Assembly (NCBI RefSeq): GCF_009914755.1 | Contig: NC_060938.1 | Strand: one strand, 5' to 3' | Origin: the human T2T-CHM13v2.0 reference genome, Homo sapiens | Length of the DNA stretch: 64,000 bases | In this document: piece after piece, positions 50,086 through 63,474 of the stretch | How positions within the stretch are numbered: position 1 is the first letter of the stretch | How the letters are laid out: the number at the start of each line of letters is the position of its first letter | Program-made: the position numbers and the translations under genes | The notes under the pieces: generated by a model | Databases searched by the model: none | What the model saw: the letters and a program-made list of their open reading frames with translations, nothing else | Told to the model about the DNA's origin: nothing

Positions 50086-53000
50086 GGTATACTCTCTTAA
50101 ATTAGAATCCAAAATATAATCTTCATGTGCTGTTGTTATTAATATTTCAAATCTTTGGTAGATTAAAATAATATGACTTAAGTAGTTTAAATTCACAGTG
50201 TAATTGTAACTATACATATGTTTGGAAACCTGGATATATCAATGCAGTATGTGAGACAGGAAAATAATTAGGTTACAAAGACAGTACAGATCTAATAATT
50301 CTGTCCTGTTGGAGCACATAACAGAAGAAAAACACACGAGAGGTAACACTGAGACCTAATAAAAACAACCAAAAGGAACTGCCCAGCAGAGAGGAAGAGA
50401 CTCAGACGCAGCAGTTTTGGCCGCGTAACTGATTGACTAAGCAACCTGAAGCCTGTCATGAATCGGTGTTTTATTCAAATGTGAATAAAGATGACTGCCC
50501 CAAATTTTAGTTACCACGGTGTGAAAACATTCATTTTTCACTGTCAGTCAGAAAATATAAATTCTCTGTTAGCTATGTCTCCAGACACACTCTCAGCCAT
50601 GGCTGGAATAAGCTTTGATTCCATCTAGGCTGGGAGTGTAAACTACTCATTTCCTCACACTGTACCACGGCTATCCCAATACAGGCCTCCAGGAGGCAGT
50701 GTCTCTTCATTTTAACTGAGTGCATGAATTCTGCCAGTTCTTCAATATACTTAACTTCTGTCTTCATTCTCCTAGGAAACCTTTCTAGTCCAAGAGAAAG
50801 TATTCTGTAATGGTAGCCCTCCCACTGGCCCACCCATCATGGAATAATGCATCATGACTTTGCTAGGTTGGGTGAGTTCGTTCAAAGGTCACACACAGGC
50901 CTTTGGTTTCGGGAAAGGTAGAGAGAAAGGGACCACAATTTTGAGAGTAAAAGGACAGGAATGATTTTATGTTTGCAGCACTTGAGGGAAGATGTGATTT
51001 TTAAAACAGAGCTTAAAAACCTAAACAAACAAAAAATTCTTGGCCCTCATATGTGTATAGGTTGTCCTAAGGAATGCCTTTATTGCTTTACATATGACAA
51101 CCAAAGTTCCTGTTGAGACCTCAGGTTGACACTTTGTTACTTTTCCCACTGAAAGTTGCTTTTGATGTTCGTTCGCACTGATTTTTACCTTCAACCAAGC
51201 CCTTGGATGTGATGTTAGCCATTGCCACTATCAAATACCCTAGAAGAGTGGATATAACCCTTTTTTGATGAGTGTCTTTGAAGTTCCAATGAGATACATG
51301 TATATTGCTGAACCTACACATATGTATATATCTTTATGCTTTGCTAACAATTTCAAGGATCTCCTAGACTTTGTTCAGTAAAGTCTTCTAGGTGAAGAAG
51401 AGAGAGCCCCTTACAGCTCTCTCACTGCTATCCTAGGTCAATTAGATTAGTCTGGTAATTAAGTGGTTTTTTGTGAACCAGTAACTGTATTGAAAGTCAA
51501 ATATCAACAATTCAGGAAAACTGTCTTTGACTTCTTTATTTGGAAATATTCTATGAAGAGAGAATTTTTAATCACCACATAGGACTGATGTTTTATTTGT
51601 AGTTTGATCACCAGGTAACTGCTTCATTCATGCATTTCATTTATTTTTACTATCATTACCTCGCTTTACATAATAATATTTAACAATTACTGTAATCAGA
51701 ACACTATTCACACTTTAACCAAGTGTCTTTTATGACACTCCTGAGAAAGAGATATCTCTTCTGGATAACCAAGCCAGAGAAGAATAGTTCAATAGCTTTA
51801 TTACTATGATAGTGAAAGTTGATATCAATGCTAAATTGATGACTCTCTATCCTAGGATCATCAAACCACACCTTTCTCCTTTATAAAAGTCAGCAATACT
51901 TCCACATTTGCTAATTTCATAAATGATTTAGTAATATCAACTAATACAAAGTATTTGCAAAGCATCTGAAAAAAGTCATTTTCAGACAAAATCCTCATCA
52001 AGCTTAAAATTTCATGTCCTAAATTTAGAATATTATAGTCACAAAAACTACCTCCATTTTATCATAAAGTGTCTATTGATGTCACCACCACTGTCATTGT
52101 TGCAATTGTCATTCATTGGTTCAAGCTTTAAGATCAGAGTGGCACCTAGTGGTACATTCTTTTTCTTTTCCCCCTCTTTTGTTCTGCTTCAAATTATCAA
52201 CAGGTACACTTTGAATACACATTGAGTACTCATTATAACAACTTTATTAATGAAATGCTTACTACCACCACTTCCCTAAACTTATAGAAACAAATCATTT
52301 TGGAATTTGAAATCTCATATTTTGAAAATACGTGACACGAAAATGTTGTTGACAGAACGGAAGCTCATTGGTAATATTTACTGACAATGAAAGTTCTAAA
52401 ATGGAATATAAAAATGAGATGTTTCTTTAAAAATCAAGAAATGTAAAAGGCATGCTAATATGATAACGGCCATCCCAAGACAATAACTCAAGAATTAACT
52501 GTCTGCAAATAATCATCTGTGAAACAGTACCTTGACTTTAAAGTCCTTAAAAATGCAAGCATGAAGATAAGGGAGCTAATCATACTAATTAACTCACTGT
52601 GCCTTGTAACAAATTAATTTTGAGTAAAGGAACAGGCAACTAGAGAAAAAGGCCAAAATCTCAATTAGTTAATCTGAATAGAACATAAATACTCTCAGAA
52701 CTTTTTTGGCCTTTAGAATAAGAGTAGAACCGGGAGGGTGGGAGCAGTGATCACTCCATGCTGACAGCCTGGAATTGTTATTTATGGCACCGTTTTTCAG
52801 TTCTACATTCCAATGCGAGAATTTACCACGTTTGGGCAGCAGAACATGACAGGTTGACGTAGACTATCCATAACAGGCTCCACCCTCAGAGAACTAATCT
52901 AACCTGAAACTTTAACAAGCTCTTCCTATTACTAGGAATAATAGCTTAGCTTCTGTTTAAAATGTGTTCCTGACAGGCAAACTTTGTAGACTAGGTCCTG

Positions 53001-53452
53001 CTCAGTACCATCAGCATTCATTTTTAGTCAGCAAGTTCTAGGTAAGAGTCCTTTGCATACCTGCTACCATTTTTCAAAGACTATATCACCATTCTAATAA
53101 ATGCTGATATTGTGAATGTTTAGAAAGTAAAAATATAAAGTAAGAGTCACTCCTTACTCCTAGAGGATCTAGTTCTTGTATCTGCCCATTCCTGTCTCCT
53201 CAGCTTCTTCTTCCACAGGTTTGAGCTTCCATGTCTTCAAAGGTACTCAGGTGTTACCGGCTGAAAAGCTGTGTTTCACTGATGCTACCACGTCTCTCTC
53301 CAGCCACCACCCTCAAGGTAGCCTTCCTTTCACAAAGTTCTTTAAAGGATATTCTAAATACAGTGTTTTCATGCTCTCACACACACACACACCTTAAAAT
53401 TCCTGTCATAACCAGCCCCTCCCACACCACATTCATAAATATAAATAAATGA

Positions 53453-53520
53453 AATAAAATAAAATAAAATAAAATAAAATAAAATAAAATAAAATAAAAT
53501 AAAATAAAATAAAATAAAAA
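53453..53520. repeat. (TAAAA)n pentanucleotide repeat
   Basis: about 13 units. Confidence 0.95.
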
Positions 53521-54842
53521 TCAGGCTTCCCAAACTACTTTTCTTCTGAAATCTGTCAAGGCTGACCGATGACCTCACCAAATCCAGTAGCTTTTTCTTA
53601 ACCCTTAGTTTCCAAGGCCTGTCTGTTCTAGTCGACATTATTGACTACTGTCTTCTCAAAATGCTTTCTCCTCTTGGATTCCAGGACACCACATTTCTCT
53701 GATTTTCCTCCTCCCTTTACAACTCCAGGACATATATCATATATTCTCTGTCTGAGTACTATATACTTCTACTATGTGAATGAGTACAGTATTGACCACA
53801 ATTATGTGTATTTTTTCCTTAAAGAAGAGAAGGTAATACAAGGACAATGGAATGACGAGGGAGAGGGACAACAATGTACTTTTTGGCCAATTACACCTTT
53901 GTGTGATGTCTGCAAAGCACACCCCATTCTGAGTAGCTAGATGTGTGGTTTAAAGGAGAACTTGGAGACTCACAGGACATAGGAGACATCTGGCCTTCTG
54001 AGACCAATTGGGTGCATTCTAAATACCTCCTGAGCCCCCAGCAGGCCTACTAACAGATATGACCTTAGGTAGATTACATTGATTCATAGCCTTTTCCAAT
54101 AGCTTATTTGTTTTTAACATTATCATTTACTGTGTTTAAGATTTCTATTCAACAGACTTTTTAAAAAAAGTTTTAAACCGTAAGGATATGCTCTGACCAT
54201 TTTTTGAAATTATCAGGTGTCAGTTTGACAAAATTACCAACTCTGAGTATATTCTTAATATTAAAATTACAAATGTTTTGTCCTTTATTTAGTTATTCAA
54301 GTAAGCAGAGGAAGGCACATTCTCTAAAGGCAATTAGAGGAAGCTTGTTGAAAAGATCATTTTGGTTGTTTTCATTCTGTTATGAAATGCCACTTCTGTT
54401 ATAAAATGTCATTCTGTTCATTTCATTCTCTAACAAACTTCATCCTGTTAGATATCTCAGAACTCAAACTACGAAGAATTTTAAAGCAAATGAGTAAATT
54501 GATTGTGAAAACATGATGCTCTGCATAGCACACCGATGGCCTCTGTTCAGAATTGTTTTGTTTCCTAATAATGAAGGTCAATTAAACCATAAAATGATAA
54601 TCCAAAAGAATCCCCTATGGAAGATTCGAGGAAGGCCCAGAAGAGGGATACTAAAATTGAAAGGGAAGAGCAGCTCTACTGGCCATCTAGAGTAAGTGGG
54701 AGAGACAGGCAGTAAATATCCTAAAACCACCTATTAGCCTGCATCCTTCTACATTTCTGGTCCTCTCTTAAGAAGATTAATTGATACCATTAACTTCTTA
54801 GGGTTTTTTTTCCTTTTTATGTACATATGTATGTATGTATGA

Positions 54843-55000
54843 TTTTAGAGATGGGTCTTCCTATGTTGCCCAGGCTGGAGGGCAGTGGCTATACACAGAT
54901 GCAGTCATAACACCCTAGTCTCCAACTCCTGGGCTCAAGTGATCCTCCTGCCTCAGCCTCCCAAGTAGCTAGGACTATGGTGCATACCACTGTGCCCAGC
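54843..55000 (-). mobile_element. FAM fossil Alu monomer
   Basis: gcagtggctatacacagatgcagtc is the 7SL-like segment diagnostic of FAM. Confidence 0.75.
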
Positions 55001-55169
55001 TAACATCCTGTATTTTGGTATATGAGCTTCTTTTTTTCCACTGTAATAATCTGTATTGTCCTTTGACTTAGAAATTCTGCAGTCTCATTTGGAGAATGGG
55101 ATATGTGTAGATAATAAAATTTGGAATTCTTCCTCTTCCACAAATGTATTATGTAATTATAATAATTTC

Positions 55170-55440
55170 TATCATTTCTGAATGCTTACTCCATATCAGA
55201 CACCATGTGAAGCACTTTGTAGACATTATCTCATGTGATCACAACTATTCTACATGGTAGTATTGCCCTCAATTGATTGACAAGAACCTGTGACTCAAAG
55301 AAGTAAAAAAAACTTGCCTATTCCCTAGTAGGCAGATTCAATCAATCAATCAATCAATCAATCAACACAAACTCGCCTAGGAAGTAGCTGAGCCAAGATT
55401 CCCAATCTGCATTTTTTTTTTTTTACTCTGAAGGAACATG
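55170..55440 (-). mobile_element. MIR containing an (AATC)n-bearing insertion
   Basis: tgaatgcttactccatatcagacacc...attatctcatgtgatc...gactcaaagaagtaaa. Confidence 0.65.
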
Positions 55441-55628
55441 CTTTTCCCAACTAAATTAATATTGCTGTTCACCATATTTCTAATGTATAATCACTGGACA
55501 CTGGAGTAGACACATATTTTTAGCACCCTAATCCAGATAAGGAACTTTAAATGCTCACCAGCCCAGGCTGTGTATCCCAGCATGTTAGGAACCAGGAGGG
55601 AAGTTAGGACCACTAAAAGAAATAACTG

Positions 55629-57345
55629 GACCAAGAAGCAGCTTCTCCACCCCTTCTGGAATCTCTGCCTGGTTCAGCCCACCTGCCTCCACTCCTGCCT
55701 CCACCATGTCCATCAGGGTGACCCAGAAGTCCTACCAGGTGTCACCTCTCTCCCAGGGGCCTTCAGCAGCCACTTCTACACGAGTGGGCCCAGTGCCCTC
55801 ATCAGCTCCTCAAGCTTCTCCCAAGTGGGCGGCAGCAGCAGCTTCCAGGGTGGCCTGGGTGGAGGCTATGGTGGGGCCAGCAGCATAGGAAGCATCACCG
55901 CCTTCACAGTCAACCAGAGCCTACTGAGCCCCCTTAACCTGAAGTGGACCCCAACATTCAGGCCACGTGCACCCAGGAGAAGGAGCGGAACAAGATACTC
56001 AACAACAAGTTTGCCTCCTTCATCGACAAGGTACGGTTCCTGGAGCAGCAGAACAAGATGCTGGAGTCCAACTGGAGCCTCCTGCAGCAGCAGAAGATGG
56101 CTTGGAGCAACGTGGACAAAATGTTCCAGAGCTATATCAAAAACCTTAGGCGGTAGCTGGAGACTCTGGGCCAGGAGAAGCTGAAGCTGGAGGCAGAGCT
56201 TGGCAACATGCAGGGGCTGGTAGAAGACTTCAAGAACAAGTACGAGGATGAGATCAATAAGCGTACAGAGGTGGAGAATGAATTTGTCCTTATAAGAAGG
56301 ATGTGGATGAAGCTTACCTGAACAAGTTAGAGCTGGAGTCTCGCCTGGAAGGTCTGACTGATGAGATCAACTTCCTCAGGCAGCTGTATGAAGAGATCTG
56401 GGAGCTGCAGTCCCAGGTCTGGGACACGTCTGTGGTGCTGTCCATGGACAACAGCTGTTCCCCGGACATGGACAGCCATCGCTGAGGTCAAGGCTTAGTA
56501 CGAGGAGCTAGCCAAGCGCAGCAGGACTGAGGCTGAGGGCATGTACCAGATCAAGTATGAGAAGCTGCAGAAGCTGGCTGGGAAGCACGGGGATGAACTG
56601 CGGCACACAAAAGCAGATCTCCCAGATGAACCAGAACATCAGCCGGCTCTAGGCTGAGATTGAGGGCCTCAAAGGCCAGAGGGCTTCCCTGGAGACCGCC
56701 ATCACAGTTGCCGAGCAGCTGGGGAGCTGGCCGTTAAAGATGCCAACACCAAGCTGTCCGAGCTGGAGGGTACCCTATAGCAAGCCAAGCAGGACTTGGA
56801 GCGTCAGCTGCGTGAGTACCAGGAGCTGATGCACATCAAGCTGGCTCTGGACATCGAGATTGCCACCTACAGAAACCTGCTAGAGGGCGAGGAGAACCGG
56901 CTGGAGTTTGGGATGCAGAACATGAGTATCCACATGAAGACCACCAGCGGCTATGCAGGTGGGCTGAGCTCGGCCTAGGGGGACCTCACAACTCCCGGCC
57001 TCAGCTACGGCCTGGGCTCCAGTTTTGGTTCTGTCGCGGGCTGTAGCTCCTTCAGCTGCACCAGCTCCACCAGGGTCGTGGTTGTGAAGAAGATCAAGAC
57101 CCGCAATGAGAAGCTGGTGTCCGAGTTGTCTGACATCCTGCCCAAGTGAACAGCTGCAGCAGCCCCTCCCAGCATACCCTTCCTGCGGCTGCCCCAGAGC
57201 CTAAGAGGCAGGCCGCTGTGCAGGGGAGCACAGAGAACAGGAGACCCACCTGAGGCTCAGCCCTAGCCCTCAGCCCACTCACGGGGGAGTTTACTGCCTG
57301 GGGACACCCCTTGCCCATGCCTCCAGCTACAAAACAATTCAATTG

Positions 57346-57406
<61 letters not shown>

Positions 57407-57445
57407 CAAAATAAAACCTCAGCTAGCTCTGCCCAAAAAATAAAT
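55629..57445 (+). pseudogene. KRT8: Full-length processed keratin 8 pseudogene (a KRT8P; copy number not assignable from sequence)
   Basis: Intronless; 5'UTR, then ATG 55706 MSIRVTQKSY; [23 protein letters not shown]; [12 protein letters not shown]; stop at 57147-57149; AATAAA at 57410-57415; A-tail; TSD aaataactg at 55620-55628 / 57446-57454; frameshifts near 55743 and 55941, TAG at 56154-56156. Confidence 0.97.
57349..57404. repeat. (TG)28 microsatellite within the pseudogene 3'UTR
   Basis: perfect dinucleotide run. Confidence 0.97.
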
Positions 57446-59379
57446 AAATAACTGAGGACAAACAGCCTTACTTCTCCCCTTCTATGGATAATGGCCCCCA
57501 CTGTTTATTATAAGATGTGACTTGCCTTAGTAATCAGAGAAAGCTCAATTAGGAAAGAATGCGAAGCAGTGCTATATTTTGGAGAGACACTTTATCCATA
57601 TAATTTTCTGTGAAAGCCTATTCCTGTAAGCAGGATTTGGAATGTGTTGCTTACTCTCATAATCATCAAAACCATGAAATAAATACATCTTTTATAAACC
57701 TACAGCCCAGATTGGCCTCCATCTTCAATTCTAGGCACTCTGGCTAATGCCAGTAAAAAGAAGAAAATTAATTCATGCCTTAATTAGACCAAAATTATTA
57801 TTTCTAAGTGGATCTCTTAAAGTAAATCTCAAATTGATTTGTGTGTGCGTGTATGTGTGTATGTGTGTGTGTATTTTAAAAGCATAATGAGGTCATATGT
57901 TCTCAAATGTGCACATTTTGGCACAAGCAAGTCTACCAGAAGTCTTCTGAGAACATAGCTTATTAGATTATACAATTATTAAAGATTGACCTTTTCTGTT
58001 AGGTTTAATGAACCAGAAATTGCATTTTTAACCTTGACTGATGTGACAGATGTCAGTCATCTTTTTTTAATCTATCTGAAATAGATTATAAATTAAATTG
58101 GTCCAAAAACTATTTTATTAGACCAGCAGAGGGGCAAAAATAGCCAGTGGTAATGGAGAAAGACTTCAAGGAAGATTCGTTCTGAATTCATGTTAAGAAG
58201 AGGGCATATGGCAATGAGAATGACTGATTTACAGACAAAGTCATGAGATCTACTGGGAGAGGGGAAATCCTGTAGCAGGGCCTTGAAGCCCTTGTAACTT
58301 GCATGTAATATAAACATGTACTCAAAGCCCAGTGAAGACCGCTACACACCAGACAGAATCCCAACAATGTGAAACGTATATTCTCAAGCCATACCTAAAA
58401 CAAGTCTATCACTAAGCTTACAACACTTTTTACAATTGTCTATTGTTGCATTTTATGACTTTCAATGTAAACATTTTGTACGTATCTCCCTTACCAATCA
58501 ATTGACTATTTCCATTTCAAACAGAATCTATTTGCTGCACAGTATTTCATGTGTTAGGAAAAGTCAACATCTCCATTAATTTTATAAAACAAGCATCTCC
58601 ATAATGCCTCCTTTGTTTTGTTCGTACCATTTTTTCTTCCTATTTCCTTTTTAAGGATATTATTCAGTTTGTAAAAGATTTTCTAGTGAATAAACTTGTG
58701 ACCTCCACTTTTCCCACAAGCTTCTTAATACATTGCAGGTGAGATATTTCTGTGGGTTGAAGCTACTTGCATGAAATGTTGGAATAATGAGTAAGTTCAA
58801 TCAATTCTGCAAAACAGCTGGTCAGTTCTGATAGGAGGAATATAATCAATATAACAAATTGGACACACATTCCACTTCAGACACTGGTGCAAGGTGTCCC
58901 ATTGACTCAAGAACAAACAGAAGCCAGCCTCTGTCCTCAAGGAGCTTGGAGTCCTGGGGTAGGAACAAAATGTGTGTAAATGACTGTAAGTCCTTTGGTG
59001 TTAAGCCAAGAAGGTAAACTCGAAAGTTGATAAAATAGGTTTGCTCAAATAAAATCATCATCTTTACTGGTTCATTTGGTTTATTTTAAAGGAAAGTAAC
59101 GAGTTTATTTTTCAATACATAGAGAAGCATTAAAAAAAGAGGTGGGAGAGGCATTTTATAACTTGTCAAATTATGATTTTTTAAGTCTTATGTTTTTACA
59201 CACACACACACATCACACACACAGGTGATGGGGCTGCCTTCCCTTCCCTATCCCTGGCAGGAAGTCATCCCAGTGTGAACAGCCAGGATCACACAAGGAA
59301 GGGGTGAGAGTAGGGCGGGACCACACAAGGAAGGGGTGAGAGCAGGGCAGCACCCCAGCAAGGTCAGGAGATTACTTAC

Positions 59380-60630
59380 TGGAGAATTGAGTAAATAAGT
59401 AAAAATATCACGAATAATGATAACCAGGCTTTTCACTGTCAGAGAACATGAGGTACAAATATGAGAAGGGGGAAGGAGAAACAACCCCTGCAGCATTAGA
59501 TTGGAATTAAAGTTTATCTGGATGAACTCATGATTTTCAGTGTATACCTAGAAAGATAGATACAGAGATATAGAGAGATGAAAATGTGTATATACACATG
59601 TGTATGATACATATATGTGTGCAGATATGTATATATTATGTAGGTGTGTATGCAGGTATGTATATACTTGCATAGATTTCCTTGCTCTGACCACTGAGAG
59701 GACCTAGGGGCAGCAACATCTCAATAGCAATAAAGCACACCAAGCACACAGATCTCGACTTTTGAATGCCACTTCTCCATCTTAAAAGACAAAAACAGGA
59801 CATCTTAGACAAATGGCCAACTCCAGGGTGGTTGGGGCAAGGAAAGAAGACGTGCTTGTGCACATCTTGGTACATCAGGTTTAGGAAGCTGTCACTGGTC
59901 AAATCTGGGACAACTTGAACATCAAAATAAATAATCATTGTAATGGATTATAACTCATCGATGTAAGTCTCTAAGTACACACTTATATCAATACATATGT
60001 ACATATACACATACATACATCTTTACATACTACTGAATGGCAACTAATAATGGCATTTGGCAAACTGTTATGCTAACAATTAACTCAGGCAAGAAACATC
60101 AATGGAGGCTAAAACTGGTAGATAAAATTGGGATGAGTAGATTTTACACAGTCTCCAAGTGACTTTCCACAAAATACCCATTATTACAAAGGAAAAGATA
60201 GATAGGTTTGCAGCAGAAAAAAAAATGTCAGACATCATCTTAACTAGGGGATCAGTGTTAACTTCTCCAGCAATGAGACAAGTAGACAAACAACTGCCAT
60301 CAGAGAGGATGAAGTAAGAACACAGCATCACTTCTGTGAAATTCTGGCCAAAAATTCTGGGTCTTAACATAAGGAAACATCAAACAGACCCAAATTGGCC
60401 TTTAATCTTCATAACTCTTCAAGGTCATGGAAAGTAAAAAGACTAAAGAATTGCTTCAGGTTTGCAGTTTGAGCCACATTACAGCTGGGTGTAAGGTTCT
60501 GTCCTAGATCATACCCCATTGTTATAAAGGAGACTAAAATGGAGTCTCTGGGGTAAGGATATATTTGAGACATTTATACATTTAACTTTTCTGTACATTT
60601 GAAAATGTTTCAAAAATAAAATTATAAAAA
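59380..60630 (+). mobile_element. L1MC-type 3' end
   Basis: gaactcatgattttcag...tttccttgctctgaccactgagaggacctagg...acagcatcacttctgtga...ttcaaaaataaaa. Confidence 0.65.
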
Positions 60631-62419
60631 GAGGTAATGAGTAAAAGCACTTACTCTAAGGGTAATGCAAGTAAAGTGAGGTGGGGTTCAGAAGCTAGAG
60701 AATCCCATTTCCATAGTAACAGAGCCCAGGTCTGCCTTCAGTATTACTGTATCTTGAGAGCCCAACCCAGTCCTTCACATAATTGGCATATGTTGAATGA
60801 ATTCTTTGGTTAATTGAGCAGAGAGAAGGGGAGATGTCAGCCAAGAAAGGTTTCATGAAAGAGACAGAGGGGAAGAGGGGGCAGTCTAAGCATGGGAAAA
60901 TGAATAAAGAAGGTCACAGAAGTGAGAAAGCAAATAGCACACGAAGCAGCAGGTGGTTGGAGTAGAGAGAATGTTTTAGAACACAGGAGAAGTGATGGTT
61001 AGGAAAAGTAGTTCATACAAGATAAGAAATAACCTACAATATCAGGGTGAGGTAAGGAAAGAATACTCATTTTAGAAGGCAATTGAAAAAGCTTGTTAGT
61101 CCTTTCTAAGCAAAGCCCAATTAATCTTTTTTTTCTATCTTTGCTCTAATAGAGGTACCAAGGCCCAGTGGTGTATCCAAGGAGGAAAGAATACAAGCAA
61201 AGATTAGGGATAGTCTGCAGTTACATGACAAAATCCCCCAGGGAATTCTACAGGATTATGTTCCATAAACCCTATGTTAGTGTTTTGTGATGGAATAATT
61301 TTGAATTGGGCTAAATTAACCATATTTTTATCCTAAATGACTCTTTACTGGGATATTCCAAGAGGAAGAGAATATGCAATTTGACCGAAGTTAACCTCAG
61401 TACCATTCCTCACTCCACCTCCATCCACCAGGAGACTCTAGAGGAACCGCAAAAGCGCACTCCAGGAAATGCTGTTTGTGTGGTTGAGCAGAGGGAAAAA
61501 GGCTTATGCCAGGTATTTGTGAACAGCCATCTCAACCCTATAAGGCATGTGAGGATTTTAAGTGAAATCAGAGATAAAGTATAAAGTGATTGAACTCAAA
61601 TGGTGGCAGAGGAGCAAGGCCCTGCACACCATAATTTGCCTACTTCTTTCTCTCGACCTCTGTCAGTTTCTATGTAAACAGCCACACACAAAGATTTTAA
61701 GGATAAAGTCAAGCCCTCCCAAGGGCTCGCATGAGCTGACCTCTTTGTGGCACTGTGCTAGCTGTGGCCCAGTTACCATGGATGTCAGAAGAGTTAGAGG
61801 AAGCTTGCAAGAAAGCATTGATTCATGAATGGGTAAGGGTAGTGCCTATGGCAGTTGGGGTGTAAAATAAGGCAAAAAAAAAATGAAATGAGTGGGTAGA
61901 GATTGAGAGGCCCGTTTGATGGAGGCTCAAAGTGCTGCAGGCCTGTACTCATTCTCTCATTCTACCAACGCCGACAGGAACACCTTCTTCAGTGAATGTT
62001 CCCATTCAGGGTCTGGTGACTCTCACTGACAGACATACATTCAGCCCAGAAGGAGGAATGACTGATGATGTCTATGGAATTGAAATTCAGCAGCGCGTAA
62101 AGTATGCACAGTGCCTCTTCGGTGACCATATTGGACAATTACCAAGTTGAAAGATACATAAGTGCCATGTAAACTTTTCAAACATTCAAGGAGCAAATAG
62201 CTCTTCCCTGCACAACTGTGGTTCTTCCCATGAGAAGGAGGAAAGCAGCAAGCACTGGTAGTAGCAAAAAGCAAGAGATAAATGGAGAAAAAGTGAGAAA
62301 CGTCTTTAAGGTTTCTCCTCCAGGTACCATGGAGTAGAAAAGAGGGAAGATTTGAAATGGAGAAGGGAGGACACCTGCACATGCATGCAATTAATTTTTT
62401 GAAAAGGTATGAGATGCCC

Positions 62420-62615
62420 CTCCGTGATTCTCAAACTTCAGTTTGCTCTGGAGTTCCCTGGGCAGTTTGATAAGAAAGCAGATTGCAGGGTTTCATGTTC
62501 CATAAGGTTAGGGCTCACTAGGTTGAGGCGTATACTCAGAAGTCTGAAAGATAAAAAGATCTTCAGATGATAATAATGCCAGCGTCCTTTGACCACAGTG
62601 TTATAAATCCTGGGC
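62420..62615. mobile_element. MER5-like DNA transposon remnant
   Basis: gtgattctcaaacttcag...gcagattgcaggg...tttgaccacag. Confidence 0.5.
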
Positions 62616-63099
62616 TATGACGATCTAGTAAAAGTTATTTGGGCTGAGCGTTTCCTGAGACTATAATGAGTCCATGACTGAGTGAGCCAAAGCTGATGAG
62701 CAGGCTAACAGAAGGCTCCTAGCACAGGTGACTAGAAAGGGATAAAATATAATCTCTTTATCCTCTATGTATGGCTCTATGTCAAGGTCTTGCATATCAG
62801 TGGAGAAATATAGCTAGATATAGGTATATAGATATACATATAGATATGGGGGGGAGGAAGGGACCCACTTTAGGTAAGAGAAGTATTGAACAAGAGAAGA
62901 AATGTAATATGGTCCAGGTCTTGATGTTATATAGTTGAATCCAAGTAAATTAATACATAATCCACCCTAATTACTAAAAAAAATTGAGCTCATCTAAACC
63001 CTTAAAATGAGGGACTCTATTCCAAACGGTCAGCCACATGTGTCCCCTCACAGCCATGTCCTGGAGGCAGCGAACTACTGAGGCGAGAGCCCTACAAGA

Positions 63100-63474
63100 A
63101 CATGTGAGAGCATATATCTTTACAGGGTGGTGATCTTATTCCTGTCAAGTATATGGCCAGAGGGTGATTGCTGGGTCATATGGTACTTTTGTTTTTAATT
63201 TCTTTAGAAATCTCCATACTGTCTTCTATAATGGTTGCACCAAGCTACATTCCCATCAACAACGTACAACTGTTCCCCTGTTCCCTTTTCTCCACAGCCT
63301 CAACAACATTTATCTTTTGACTTTTTAGTAATAGCCATCCTAACAGGTGTATAAAAAGGGTAACTTTGTGAGATGATGGATATCTTAATTTGTTTCACTA
63401 TGGTAACCATTTTACTATATATAGTATCCCCTATTATCATGTTGTATACTCTAAATAAACACAATAATTTTTTT
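63100..63474 (+). mobile_element. Short L1MA9/10-like element with inverted 5' portion
   Basis: 63100-63349 antisense L1 ORF2 end; 63350-63474 sense 3'UTR terminus; degenerate TSD gagccctacaaga (63087-63099) / gagccctgcatga (63475-63487). Confidence 0.7.

Noticed and set aside
55570-56184. 204-aa ORF overlapping the KRT8 pseudogene
   Set aside because: Non-ATG start; it is a frameshift mosaic that is keratin-like only in the middle, so it is an artefact of pseudogene indels.
59286-59349. 32-bp tandem duplication
   Set aside because: Two-copy local slippage with no further structure; similar small duplications occur near 8242-8282 and 11325-11376.
61932-62390. Overlapping 70-113 aa ORFs in unique sequence
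   Set aside because: No recognisable homology or convincing splice sites; lengths are compatible with chance.
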